From NCBI GenBank assembly GCA_963663235.2, contig CAXXNO010000001.1, forward strand, positions 1 to 64,000: a stretch of DNA of 64,000 nucleotides. Reading direction: 5' to 3'. The notes below the pieces were generated by a model. That model did not search any database and was not told the DNA's origin. It saw only the letters and a program-made list of their open reading frames with translations. Within the stretch, counting starts at the first letter, position 1; the number at the start of each line of letters is the position of its first letter. This DNA comes from Dehalococcoidia bacterium (GTDB taxonomy: Bacteria > Chloroflexota > Dehalococcoidia > Bin125). This document shows, in pieces, positions 12,530 to 20,872 of this stretch. A program made the position numbers and the translations under genes.

Positions 12530-13465
12530 ATGACACGCAACTGGGCCACGTTTCTCTCGATCTCGATCGTCGCCGTCATCCTGGGCGCGATCACCGTTGT
12601 CGGACCGGCTGGGGGGCTCTTCGGCAGTGCCTCCAATGAGGCGGACGCCCCCGCGACAGCCACGGCGGTCGCGGTTGACCCAATCCGCGTGCAGCCGAGC
12701 GCGGCCGACCCGTATGGCGAGCCGCCGGCCAACGCCGTGCCCAGCGAATACGGGCCGGCCGCGGATCTGATCGGCGTCGACGAGGCCGAGTTCGTCGCCG
12801 TGACACCACCCGTGGATGCCAGCGCTGGAGCGCTCGCCGCATCACCCAGTACGGCCTCGCCAGCTCCCGCGTCGATACCAGACGCAGAGCCCGGAGACGC
12901 GGCAACCGTCGTCACCTACGCCATCGGCGATGCGGGCATCGTCACGCTCCACCTCGTGAACGGGCGGCTGCAGATCGACGCGGTCGCGCCAACCACAGGC
13001 TGGGAGACGATCTCGACCGAAAGCAGCGGCGACGCGGCGGAGATCCGGTTGCGACGCGGGAGCGAGGAACTGCGCTTCCTCGCAGTCCTCATCGACGGCC
13101 AGATCCAGGTCGACCTGCAGGCGCTGTCATTGGACGGCCCCGCGGCGACCGCGCCCCCCGACGCAACCAGCGGGGCGGTCATCTTCGCCGTTGCCGATGC
13201 CGGATTCGTCACGCTCGAAGTCCGCGACGGCGCTCTCCAACTCCTCGCGGTCGAGCCGGCCGCGGGATGGAGCGTGGCCGAGATCGAAGAGGAAGAGGGC
13301 GAGATCGAAGTGGAGTTCCGGCGCGGCGGCGAAGAGGTGGAGTTCGCCGCGCGGGCAGAGAACGGAGAGATTCGCACGTACATCGAGACGGAGGACGAAT
13401 ACGGCGCATCGGACATGGAGACGGAAGAGGAATACGCCGCATCAGGGCCGTCGGAGGAGGAGTGA
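12530..13465 (+). CDS. Exported acidic protein with two copies of a ~70-aa beta-rich domain
   Basis: AGGAGG RBS, N-terminal hydrophobic segment, Pro/Ala linker, repeats (YAIGDAGIVTL...APTTGW; FAVADAGFVTL...EPAAGW), acidic tail. Confidence 0.8.
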   Translation: MTRNWATFLSISIVAVILGAITVVGPAGGLFGSASNEADAPATATAVAVDPIRVQPSAADPYGEPPANAVPSEYGPAADLIGVDEAEFVAVTPPVDASAGALAASPSTASPAPASIPDAEPGDAATVVTYAIGDAGIVTLHLVNGRLQIDAVAPTTGWETISTESSGDAAEIRLRRGSEELRFLAVLIDGQIQVDLQALSLDGPAATAPPDATSGAVIFAVADAGFVTLEVRDGALQLLAVEPAAGWSVAEIEEEEGEIEVEFRRGGEEVEFAARAENGEIRTYIETEDEYGASDMETEEEYAASGPSEEE

Positions 13466-13468
13466 CGC

Positions 13469-13948
13469 ATGTCCAAGACAAGATCCGGTCCGCCACTCAG
13501 CGTCAGTCTCGCGATCGCGGCGATCGTCGGGTTCGGAGCCATCGTTGGGGTAGTCGCTGCCAATGTGACCGACACGCAACCGGCCGACCTGGTGCAGCCA
13601 GCCCCGCTGACGGAGATCGTTGCGACACCGTCCGGCCCCGGCGACCTCCTCCCGTATCGGCCCCTCCCGCCGGTGGACGCCAGCCCGCCGGTGGCGGCCG
13701 ACTCACCGCCTCCGCAAAGGCTGCCGGTGATCGCCGCTGCGGACCCGGCCGTCATCATCACCGATCCGGCGAACAGTCCCGCCGGCGGGAGCGCTGCAAC
13801 GGCTGCGGGGACGTTGAGTCCAACGCCGGCCGCCCCGGCACCGATCGTCCTCACGCCAACGGCGCTCGACCCGGCGCCCGTCCGCGGGGGCGAACCCATT
13901 GTGCAAGTGGAAGCAGGACCAAGTCATGGCACGACCCGCGCGTCTTGA
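13469..13948 (+). CDS. Membrane-anchored Pro/Ala-rich protein ending ...HGTTRAS
   Basis: GGAGGAGG RBS, single N-terminal TM helix, low-complexity linker; directly upstream of apbE. Confidence 0.75.
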   Translation: MSKTRSGPPLSVSLAIAAIVGFGAIVGVVAANVTDTQPADLVQPAPLTEIVATPSGPGDLLPYRPLPPVDASPPVAADSPPPQRLPVIAAADPAVIITDPANSPAGGSAATAAGTLSPTPAAPAPIVLTPTALDPAPVRGGEPIVQVEAGPSHGTTRAS

Positions 13949-13979
13949 ACACCCGTCGGAAGCGCCGGCGTCTGTCCTC

Positions 13980-14861
13980 ATGCCGGTGCGCTTCGCCGCC
14001 ATGGGGACGACGGTCTCGGTGATCGTCCATCCCGTCGACCAAGCGGAGGCGTGCGGTGAGCGACTTCGCACTTGGTTCGAGCAGGTTGAGTCGGCCGCGA
14101 GCCGGTTCCGGCCGGAGTCGGAGCTCAACCGCCTGGCCACCGGCGCGCAGGCGGAGCCATCGCCGCTGCTGGCGGCGCTGCTCCGGAAGTCGCTCGCGGT
14201 CGCGCTGCGCAGCGGTGGCCTGGTGACGCCGTTCGTGCGGCCGGCGCTGGAGTCGTTTGGGTACGACGTCTCGTTCGACCAGATCGCGGGGTCGCGGCCG
14301 GCCGCTGGGTCTCCCGGGTCCGGGCTCCGGCGGCCCCAGGGGGACACCGCCTGGGCCGAGGTCGACTTTGGCGGCACCGGCAAGGGCTGGGCTGTCGACG
14401 AGGGGCTGCGCCGGCTCGCCCCCCACTGCGACGGCGCGTTCATCGACGCCGGCGGCGACATCGGTGTGTTCGGGCCCGCGCCCGGCGGGGGTCCCTGGTG
14501 GATCGATGTGGATGCGCCGGGACGGGACGACCCGCCCCTGCGCGCGGCGCTCCGGGGGGGCGGCATCGCGACGTCCTCCGTCTTGCGTCGCGCCTGGATC
14601 GGGCCGGCCGGCCCGGCGCATCACCTGATCGACCCGCGCTCGCAGCGGCCCGCCCAGAGCGACGTCGTGCAGGCCACGGCCTGGGCTCGATCCACCCTGT
14701 GGGCCGAGGTGGCCACCAAAGCGCTCGTCATCGGCGGGCGCGGCATGGCGCCGGAGATCCGAACGTGGCTGCCGGAGGTCGTGCTGGCGACGACGACGCG
14801 CGACGGCGCGTTCGAGCCCGATCCGGCGTTTCGGGAGGAGGTGCTCACGTGCGCGACCTAA
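13980..14861 (+). CDS. apbE: FAD:protein FMN transferase (ApbE family)
   Basis: FAAMGT, SRFRPESELNRL, DFGGTGKG, DAGGDI, GIATSS and HHLIDPRS motifs; start could be 13926. Confidence 0.9.
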   Translation: MPVRFAAMGTTVSVIVHPVDQAEACGERLRTWFEQVESAASRFRPESELNRLATGAQAEPSPLLAALLRKSLAVALRSGGLVTPFVRPALESFGYDVSFDQIAGSRPAAGSPGSGLRRPQGDTAWAEVDFGGTGKGWAVDEGLRRLAPHCDGAFIDAGGDIGVFGPAPGGGPWWIDVDAPGRDDPPLRAALRGGGIATSSVLRRAWIGPAGPAHHLIDPRSQRPAQSDVVQATAWARSTLWAEVATKALVIGGRGMAPEIRTWLPEVVLATTTRDGAFEPDPAFREEVLTCAT

Positions 14862-15421
14862 TTCGATCCTTCGCGATCCTGGGCCTCGGCGCGGGGGCGG
14901 TCGCCCTGGTCAACATCCTGGCAGGCGCCGGGCCCGAGTCGTTCTCGTGGTTCGTCGCGCGCGCAGCGGGACTGATGGGCTACGTTCTGCTGACGCTCTC
15001 GGTGCTGTTCGGCATGACCATCGCGCTGCGCCTGAGCCTGCCCGGCATCAGTAAAGCGGAGACGTTCCGGCTCCATCGGGGCGCATCGATTCTTGCGTTC
15101 GGCTTCCTCGCCGTGCACATGGGGGCACTGCTCGCCGCCTGGCTGATGCTGATCGCCACGACGGCCTTCGCCGGGCGGCGGCTGCTGGGTCCGGTGCGCT
15201 GGCGCTGGTTGCACCGTTCCGCCTACGGCGCGTGGGCACTCGCCCTGGTGCATGGGATCACGGCAGGAACCGACAGCGGAGCCGTGACGGTGCAGTGGCT
15301 GTACGTGGTCAGCGTGCTGCTCGTCGTGGGTTTGGTGACGTTCCGGCTGGCCTGGCAACGGTCGGGGCAGCGGCCGCGTTCACGTCGATCCGAGCCGGGG
15401 CCGCGGGCGACCGGCCCGTAG
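14849..15421 (+). CDS. Ferric reductase-like (MsrQ-like) transmembrane protein, apparently shortened internally
   Basis: GGAGGAGG RBS plus GTG; WFVARAAG, LHR..S......AVH and WRWLHRSAY..W..ALVHG...GTD His motifs. Confidence 0.8.
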   Translation: MRDLIRSFAILGLGAGAVALVNILAGAGPESFSWFVARAAGLMGYVLLTLSVLFGMTIALRLSLPGISKAETFRLHRGASILAFGFLAVHMGALLAAWLMLIATTAFAGRRLLGPVRWRWLHRSAYGAWALALVHGITAGTDSGAVTVQWLYVVSVLLVVGLVTFRLAWQRSGQRPRSRRSEPGPRATGP

Positions 15422-15520
15422 CGGCCCGGTCGCGCCCGAGCAAGCCGCGGCCGCAGGCGCTAACCTCAGCGCTCAAACGTCCGGCGCGGCGGGCGCCGGG
15501 AGAAAGGAGCCGTCAGGGCC

Positions 15521-15946
15521 ATGCTCGAACGGATCAGTCACATCGGCATCATGGTGGAGAACCTGGACCAGGCCGTCGATCACTGGAGCCGCGCCTTCGG
15601 CCTGGAGGTCCGCAGCCGCGCGGAGATCGAGGTGGAGGGGATCAAGAACGCCTTCCTCACGCCGCCGGGATCCGCCGAGGGCTCGTTCTTTATTGAGTTG
15701 ATCGCGCCGATGGAAGAGGGCGACACGACACACGCGATTCCCCGCCGGCTCGCCGAGTCCGGCGAGGGCGTCTATCACTTGGCGATCACCGTCGACGACA
15801 TCGCCGCCACCGGAGCGGCGCTCACCGAGCAGGGCCTGCGCGTCGTCGAGCTCCCCGGGATCGCGAAGGACCGAGCCGGTCGCCTCGTGGTCCACCCGAA
15901 GTCGGCCAACGGTGTCCTCATCGAAATCCTGCAAGAGGGAGGCTAG
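15521..15946 (+). CDS. VOC-family protein (methylmalonyl-CoA epimerase-like)
   Basis: ISHIGIMV, IELIAP, GEGVYHLAITVDDI, HPKSANGVLIEI. Confidence 0.85.
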   Translation: MLERISHIGIMVENLDQAVDHWSRAFGLEVRSRAEIEVEGIKNAFLTPPGSAEGSFFIELIAPMEEGDTTHAIPRRLAESGEGVYHLAITVDDIAATGAALTEQGLRVVELPGIAKDRAGRLVVHPKSANGVLIEILQEGG

Positions 15947-16124
15947 CGCAGGCGGAGCCATGCGGCGAGCGCCGCGACCCGCTGCAACCTGCCTCGCCGC
16001 AGCCCGACGTCCAGTCACGCCAGCAACGCGATTCCGGCGCCGCTGAGCAGGAGCCCGGCCGGCACATCCGAGGGCCAGTGCGCGCCGAAGGCCACGCTCT
16101 CCGGCCCGGCCGGACGTTCCCGAC

Positions 16125-16292
16125 CTACGGCGCCCGCCAGAACACCCGCATCCCGCGCCTCTGGTGACGCCTGAGGGCATCGTCGCCCAAGGACAGAATG
16201 CGCCGGCAGGCCACGCCGCGGCACGCTCCGCAGACCCAGCCCTCAAGATCGGCCTTGAAGAGGTCACAGTGGGTGCAGGATCCAGCGGTCAT
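16125..16292 (-). CDS. Small (55 aa) Cys-rich protein, putative zinc-binding
   Basis: Below the ORF-track cutoff: MTAGSCTHCDLFKADLEGWVCGACRGVACRRILSLGDDALRRHQRRGMRVFWRAP*; AGAGGGAG RBS just upstream of the ATG; two CxxC motifs. Confidence 0.55.
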   Translation of the reverse strand: MTAGSCTHCDLFKADLEGWVCGACRGVACRRILSLGDDALRRHQRRGMRVFWRAP

Positions 16293-16576
16293 GATCTCCC
16301 TCTACGTTCCTTAGTAGGAATCAAGGCCCCGGCGTTACGCCTCCATCCGAAATTTCCCGACCTCTGCGGATGAGGATCCCCTCCACCAGATAGAGGGACA
16401 GCCGCGGCGCGAGAGGGAGAGCGCCCCGTCTGGCGCGGGGCGTGATCGGAGCGTGGTGTCACACGCGGGCGCTCCCCTCGCCGCCCACGATCCCACCCCC
16501 GCTGCGTTGCGGCCCCAGGCCCGCTCGCTATGATGCGATACGCAGTCGCTCGCTTCGGAGAGGAGCCGCAGGCGCT

Positions 16577-17062
16577 ATGCCCATCGCCGTCGGCGCGAAG
16601 CTCCCCAGCGACGTGGTCGGGTTCGTCTCGGAGGATGGCCTCCCCGTCAAGCGGCCCCTCAGCGACTTGGTGGCGGGCAAGAAGGTGGTCATCTTCGGCA
16701 TCCCCGGCGCCTTCACTCGCACCTGCACCAAGGAGCACCTGCCCGGCTTCGCCACGGATTTCGATGCGCTCACGGCCAAGGGCGTGGACAGCGTCATCTG
16801 CCTGGCCACCAACGATGTCTTCGTCCTCGATGCCTGGAACAAGGCCAACGGCGACGAACGCATCACCATGCTCTCGGACGGCAACGGCGACATCACCCGC
16901 GCCCTCGATCTGGGCCTGGACAGCAGCGCGCGCGGACTCGGATTCCGCACCACCCGCTTCGCCATGATCGCGGACGATGGCGTGGTCAAGGCGCTGGAGG
17001 TGGAGGAGCAGGCGAGCCAGTGCAGCGTGAGCGCGGCGGCAAACATCCTGGCGAAGCTGTAA
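16577..17062 (+). CDS. Peroxiredoxin, Prx5 subfamily
   Basis: GKKVVIFGIPGAFTRTCTKEHLPG, NDVFVLDAW, LSDGNG. Confidence 0.92.
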   Translation: MPIAVGAKLPSDVVGFVSEDGLPVKRPLSDLVAGKKVVIFGIPGAFTRTCTKEHLPGFATDFDALTAKGVDSVICLATNDVFVLDAWNKANGDERITMLSDGNGDITRALDLGLDSSARGLGFRTTRFAMIADDGVVKALEVEEQASQCSVSAAANILAKL

Positions 17063-17121
17063 GCGGCCGGGACCCCGCGGCCGCGCCGCTGCGCCCCCGC
17101 GACGCCGACGCCGTCGCCGCG

Positions 17122-17565
17122 ATGCCGGACGTGGTCCGGATCCACCTCTACGAAGCGGACTGGTACAACAATGCGACCTTCGTGCTGCCGCTCCTCGGCG
17201 CCGTGGGCGTGCTCATCGCCTGGGGGGTCACGGGCAGCCTGGAGCTGCTCGGCCTGGGAATCTTCCTGATGGTGGTCACGCTGGGCATGCTGCCGCTGGT
17301 CTTCCTCACCTGGCAGCGCACCCCCACGGCGATCATCGTGCGCCGCTCCGCGGTCGAGGCCCTGCACCAGGGCCGCACGCTCCAGCGGCTCGCTTGGCCG
17401 GACGTGGCCGCCGTCCGCCGCGTGGAGACGATGGGGAATGTACGCTGGTACGTGCTCGATCGCGACGGCGGCCGCCTGGCGATCGAGGGGGAGATCGAGG
17501 ATGTGCCCGCGTTGCTGGAAGCGGTTCGCAGCGCGGCCGGGCTGGCCCAGGAGAACGATTCCTAG
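17122..17565 (+). CDS. Hypothetical membrane protein (2 TM plus PH-like domain)
   Basis: Two hydrophobic helices followed by LAWPDVAAVRR, a pattern typical of bacterial PH-like domains. Confidence 0.65.
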   Translation: MPDVVRIHLYEADWYNNATFVLPLLGAVGVLIAWGVTGSLELLGLGIFLMVVTLGMLPLVFLTWQRTPTAIIVRRSAVEALHQGRTLQRLAWPDVAAVRRVETMGNVRWYVLDRDGGRLAIEGEIEDVPALLEAVRSAAGLAQENDS

Positions 17566-17588
17566 TGCACGCGAGGGTGGAGGATGGT

Positions 17589-17789
17589 ATGGCAGAGGTC
17601 ACTGTTCGCACGAACGGTCCCTACGTGATCGCGGCGGAGGGGCTGACCCTCGTGGATCAGGACGGCAACGCCATCCCCTTGGGCGAGGGAGCCAAGGTCG
17701 CCCTCTGCCGCTGCGGCCAGTCCGCCAACAAGCCATTCTGCGACGGCAGCCATAAGAGCGCCGGCTTCAAGCACCAGCCCATCAACTAG
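17589..17789 (+). CDS. CDGSH iron-sulfur domain protein
   Basis: NGPY...ALCRCGQSANKPFCDGSH; GGAGG RBS. Confidence 0.92.
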   Translation: MAEVTVRTNGPYVIAAEGLTLVDQDGNAIPLGEGAKVALCRCGQSANKPFCDGSHKSAGFKHQPIN

Positions 17790-17863
17790 CCTCCCCGCGG
17801 CTTCGGGGCAAGCCCGGCTGCGGGCGCCGCGCCCATTTTGCCGGGGCCGGCTGTCGGGCCCCA

Positions 17864-17892
17864 TTGCATCCCTTGGCCCCGGCCAAGATAAT
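17864..17892 (+). promoter_or_regulatory. sigma70-type promoter upstream of aor
   Basis: TTGCAT-N17-GATAAT, 67 nt before the ATG at 17960. Confidence 0.5.
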
Positions 17893-17959
17893 CAACCCGC
17901 GCACGCATAAACGCGCCACCCGAGCGCCGGCGGGTCCAGCAGAAAGAGCAGGAGAGACA

Positions 17960-19828
17960 ATGCCTGAGGAACCAGCCTTCAACGGCAAGATCTTGAACGT
18001 GAACCTCAGCACGGGGGAGATCACCCCCGAACAGCTCCCCGAGCAGATGTACCGCGACTTCCTGGGCGGCTACGGCATTGGCGTGCGGCTCCTGTTCGAC
18101 CGCATCCCCAGCGGCGCCGACCCGCTGGGCCCGGAGAACGTGCTGGGCTTGCTCCCCGGTCTGTTGACGGGCACGCCGATCTTCGGCAACCGCTTCCAAG
18201 CCGTGTGCAAGAGCCCCTCCACCGGCGGCTGGGGCGACGCCAACTGCGGCGGCGACTTTGGCCCCTACCTCAAGTTCGCCGGCTGGGACGGCATCCTCCT
18301 GTACGGGAAGGCGGACAAGCCCGTCTACATTTTCATCGATGACGAAAAAGTCTCCATCGAGGATGCCTCTGAGTACTGGGGCATCGACGCCATCACCGCC
18401 GAGAAGATGTTCAAGGAGAAGCACGGCAAGAAAGCCTCGGTCGCCCTGATCGGCCCCGGCGGAGAGAACCTCTCCTTAATCGCCGGGATCTGCAACGACC
18501 ACGGCCGCCTCGCCGCCCGCTCGGGCGTGGGCGCGGTCATGGGCTCCAAGCAACTCAAGGCCGTGGTGGTGAAGTCCACCCGCCAGATGATCCTCCAGCA
18601 CGACAAAGAGGCTCGCAACGTGATGCGCTCCTCGATGGACGAATTCGTCGCGCCCGTGCGCGACTTCTTCCGCTCCGTCGGCACCACCGGCATCACGTCC
18701 AAGTCCGCCCACGACGGCGACTCGCCGGTCCAGAACTGGGGCGGCGTCGGCGTGGAGGTCTTCTCCGAGGTCGACGGGCTCAAGGGCAAAGTGGTCAACG
18801 AGAAGATGGAGAAGCACTACGCGTGCTGGCACTGTCCCTTGGCCTGCGGCGCCGAGAGCGTCGAGTCCACCAACGAGAAGTACCCCTACCCACGGCACAC
18901 CCATCGCCCCGAATACGAGACGATGGCCTCCTTCGGGACGATGAACCTGATCAACGACCTGGACTCCCTGATCTACGCCAACCACCTCTGCAACGAGTAC
19001 GGCATCGACACGATCAGTGCCGGCGGCGCCGTCTCCTTCGCCATTGAATGCTTCGAGAACGGCATCCTCACCACGGAAGACACGGACGGACTCGATCTGC
19101 GCTGGGGCAACGACGAGGCGATGATCGAGTTGCTCAAGATGATCGGCGAGCGCCGCGGCCTGGGCGATATCCTCGCCGACGGCGTCAAGGTGGCGGCCGA
19201 GAAGATCGGCAAAGGCTCGGAGCAGTACGCCATGCACATCGGCGGCGAAGAGCTCCCCATGCACGACCCCAAGTACCAGCCGGAGTACTTCGCCACCTAC
19301 AAGCTGGACCCCACCCCGGCCCGCCACACGCAATACGAGGGGGCGAAGAACCTGGGCATGAAGTTCCCGCGCGCGCCCAAGGACCGCAAGGACTACGCCA
19401 ATCGCGGCGAGCACCACAAGGGCGCGACCGAGTACATGCATGTGGTCAACGCCGCCGGCATGTGCATGTTCATCATGATGGCCGCCCCCACCACGCGCTT
19501 TCCCGAGTGGATCAATCAGGTCACGGACTGGGGCATCACCTCCGAGGAGCTCCACCTCGCCGGCGAGCGGATCGCCAACCTGCGGATGGCGTTCGAGGTG
19601 CGCGAGGGCAACAACCCGGCCAAGCGCCACGTTCCCGATCGCATCACCGGCGCTGGCGCGGCCGTGCAGAAGAGCGGGCCGCTGGAGGGCATCACCGTCG
19701 ACGCCGAGACCATGCAGCGGGACTTCCTGGCCGCCTGCGACTGGGACCAGGAGAGCTCCGCGCCGAGCCGGGCCAAGCTGGAGTCCTTGGGGCTCGCCGA
19801 CGTCGCGGAAGCCATCGGCGCGCGCTAG
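17960..19828 (+). CDS. aor: Aldehyde:ferredoxin oxidoreductase family protein (tungstopterin/4Fe-4S)
   Basis: GKILNVNLSTG, KSPSTGGWGDANCGG, GRLAARSGVGAVMGSKQLKAV, CWHCPLACG, PEYET, GIDTISAG, ELPMHDP. Confidence 0.92.
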   Translation: MPEEPAFNGKILNVNLSTGEITPEQLPEQMYRDFLGGYGIGVRLLFDRIPSGADPLGPENVLGLLPGLLTGTPIFGNRFQAVCKSPSTGGWGDANCGGDFGPYLKFAGWDGILLYGKADKPVYIFIDDEKVSIEDASEYWGIDAITAEKMFKEKHGKKASVALIGPGGENLSLIAGICNDHGRLAARSGVGAVMGSKQLKAVVVKSTRQMILQHDKEARNVMRSSMDEFVAPVRDFFRSVGTTGITSKSAHDGDSPVQNWGGVGVEVFSEVDGLKGKVVNEKMEKHYACWHCPLACGAESVESTNEKYPYPRHTHRPEYETMASFGTMNLINDLDSLIYANHLCNEYGIDTISAGGAVSFAIECFENGILTTEDTDGLDLRWGNDEAMIELLKMIGERRGLGDILADGVKVAAEKIGKGSEQYAMHIGGEELPMHDPKYQPEYFATYKLDPTPARHTQYEGAKNLGMKFPRAPKDRKDYANRGEHHKGATEYMHVVNAAGMCMFIMMAAPTTRFPEWINQVTDWGITSEELHLAGERIANLRMAFEVREGNNPAKRHVPDRITGAGAAVQKSGPLEGITVDAETMQRDFLAACDWDQESSAPSRAKLESLGLADVAEAIGAR

Positions 19829-19850
19829 CCTCCGCCGCCAGCGCCTTCCG

Positions 19851-19889
19851 GCGCCCCCAGTCAGCCCGCGCGGGCCGACTGGGGGCGCG
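19851..19889 (+). terminator. GC-rich hairpin after aor (terminator or mRNA-stabilising stem)
   Basis: GCGCCCCCAGTC...GACTGGGGGCGC inverted repeat; no clear U-tract. Confidence 0.45.
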
Positions 19890-19930
19890 CCCTCGGGCGC
19901 GACGTGCCCCGCACAGCGAGGAGTGTCTCC

Positions 19931-20842
19931 ATGGCCCGCGATCCAAAGTCCAAGGTGGTGTTGATCACGGGCACGTCGAGCGGCATCGGCGCCGACACCG
20001 CGCGCGAATTCGCAGTCCGCGGCCATCACGTCATTGCGACCATGCGCAACCCCGACCGCGACGGCCCCGGAGTCACAAAGGGGTTCAAGAGGAACATCCA
20101 GGCAACCCGCTTGGACGTCACGGACCAGGCCAGCATCGACGCTGCCGTCGCCTTCGCCCTGGAGCGCCACGGCCGCATCGACGCCTTGATCAACAACGCC
20201 GGCTATACGTCGTACGGCGCCGTGATTGAGCAAACGGACGACGAGATCCAGAGGGTCTTTGACACGAACCTCTTCGGCCCCATCCGCACGATGCGGGCAG
20301 TGGTTCCCGCCATGCGCGAGCAGGGCGGCGGCAAGATCATCAACGTGTCCAGCATCGCCGCCCGCCTGGTCGGACCGCTGTTCGGCGTCTACTGCAGCAC
20401 CAAGATCGCGCTGGAGGCCGTCACGGAGGCCATGCGCTACGAAGTCGCGCGTTGGGGCATCCAGGTCGCCATCGTCTCGCCCGGCATCGTCAAGACGGAC
20501 AACCAGTGGCGCTCGTTCGATGCGGCCGGCGCGATTCGTGAGGGCACCAGCGAGTATCAGGAGGCCGCCGAGTCGCTGCTGGCCGAGGTCCGCAAGGTAG
20601 CCGCCGGCCGGCCGGGCGGGCGCTTGAACGCGGTGCAGTTGGCCGACCTCATCGAGATCGACGAGCAGCCCCTCCCTCTCCTCACGCCCATCGGAGAGGA
20701 CACCATCCGCGCCTTCGCCAACCGCGCCTCCATGACCGACGACGAGTGGGAGGCGATGCTCTGGTCCTCGGAGGAGGAAGGCTACCCCATCGGCTTCTTC
20801 AAGATGGAGCGCGAGGCGCGCGCGCGGCACCTCTCGCACTAG
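19931..20842 (+). CDS. SDR family oxidoreductase (paralog 1 of 5)
   Basis: TGTSSGIG, INNAG, NVSS, YCSTK. Confidence 0.92.
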   Translation: MARDPKSKVVLITGTSSGIGADTAREFAVRGHHVIATMRNPDRDGPGVTKGFKRNIQATRLDVTDQASIDAAVAFALERHGRIDALINNAGYTSYGAVIEQTDDEIQRVFDTNLFGPIRTMRAVVPAMREQGGGKIINVSSIAARLVGPLFGVYCSTKIALEAVTEAMRYEVARWGIQVAIVSPGIVKTDNQWRSFDAAGAIREGTSEYQEAAESLLAEVRKVAAGRPGGRLNAVQLADLIEIDEQPLPLLTPIGEDTIRAFANRASMTDDEWEAMLWSSEEEGYPIGFFKMEREARARHLSH

Positions 20843-20872
20843 GCTGCGGCGGCAGCGGAAAGGAGTGGTCCC

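Noticed and set aside
7996-16400. Integrative element at tRNA-Glu
   Set aside because: No integrase, transposase or duplicated tRNA 3' end found by eye.
17800-17959. Moco/Wco riboswitch upstream of aor
   Set aside because: Only 67 nt between the predicted -10 and the ATG, with no recognisable motif.
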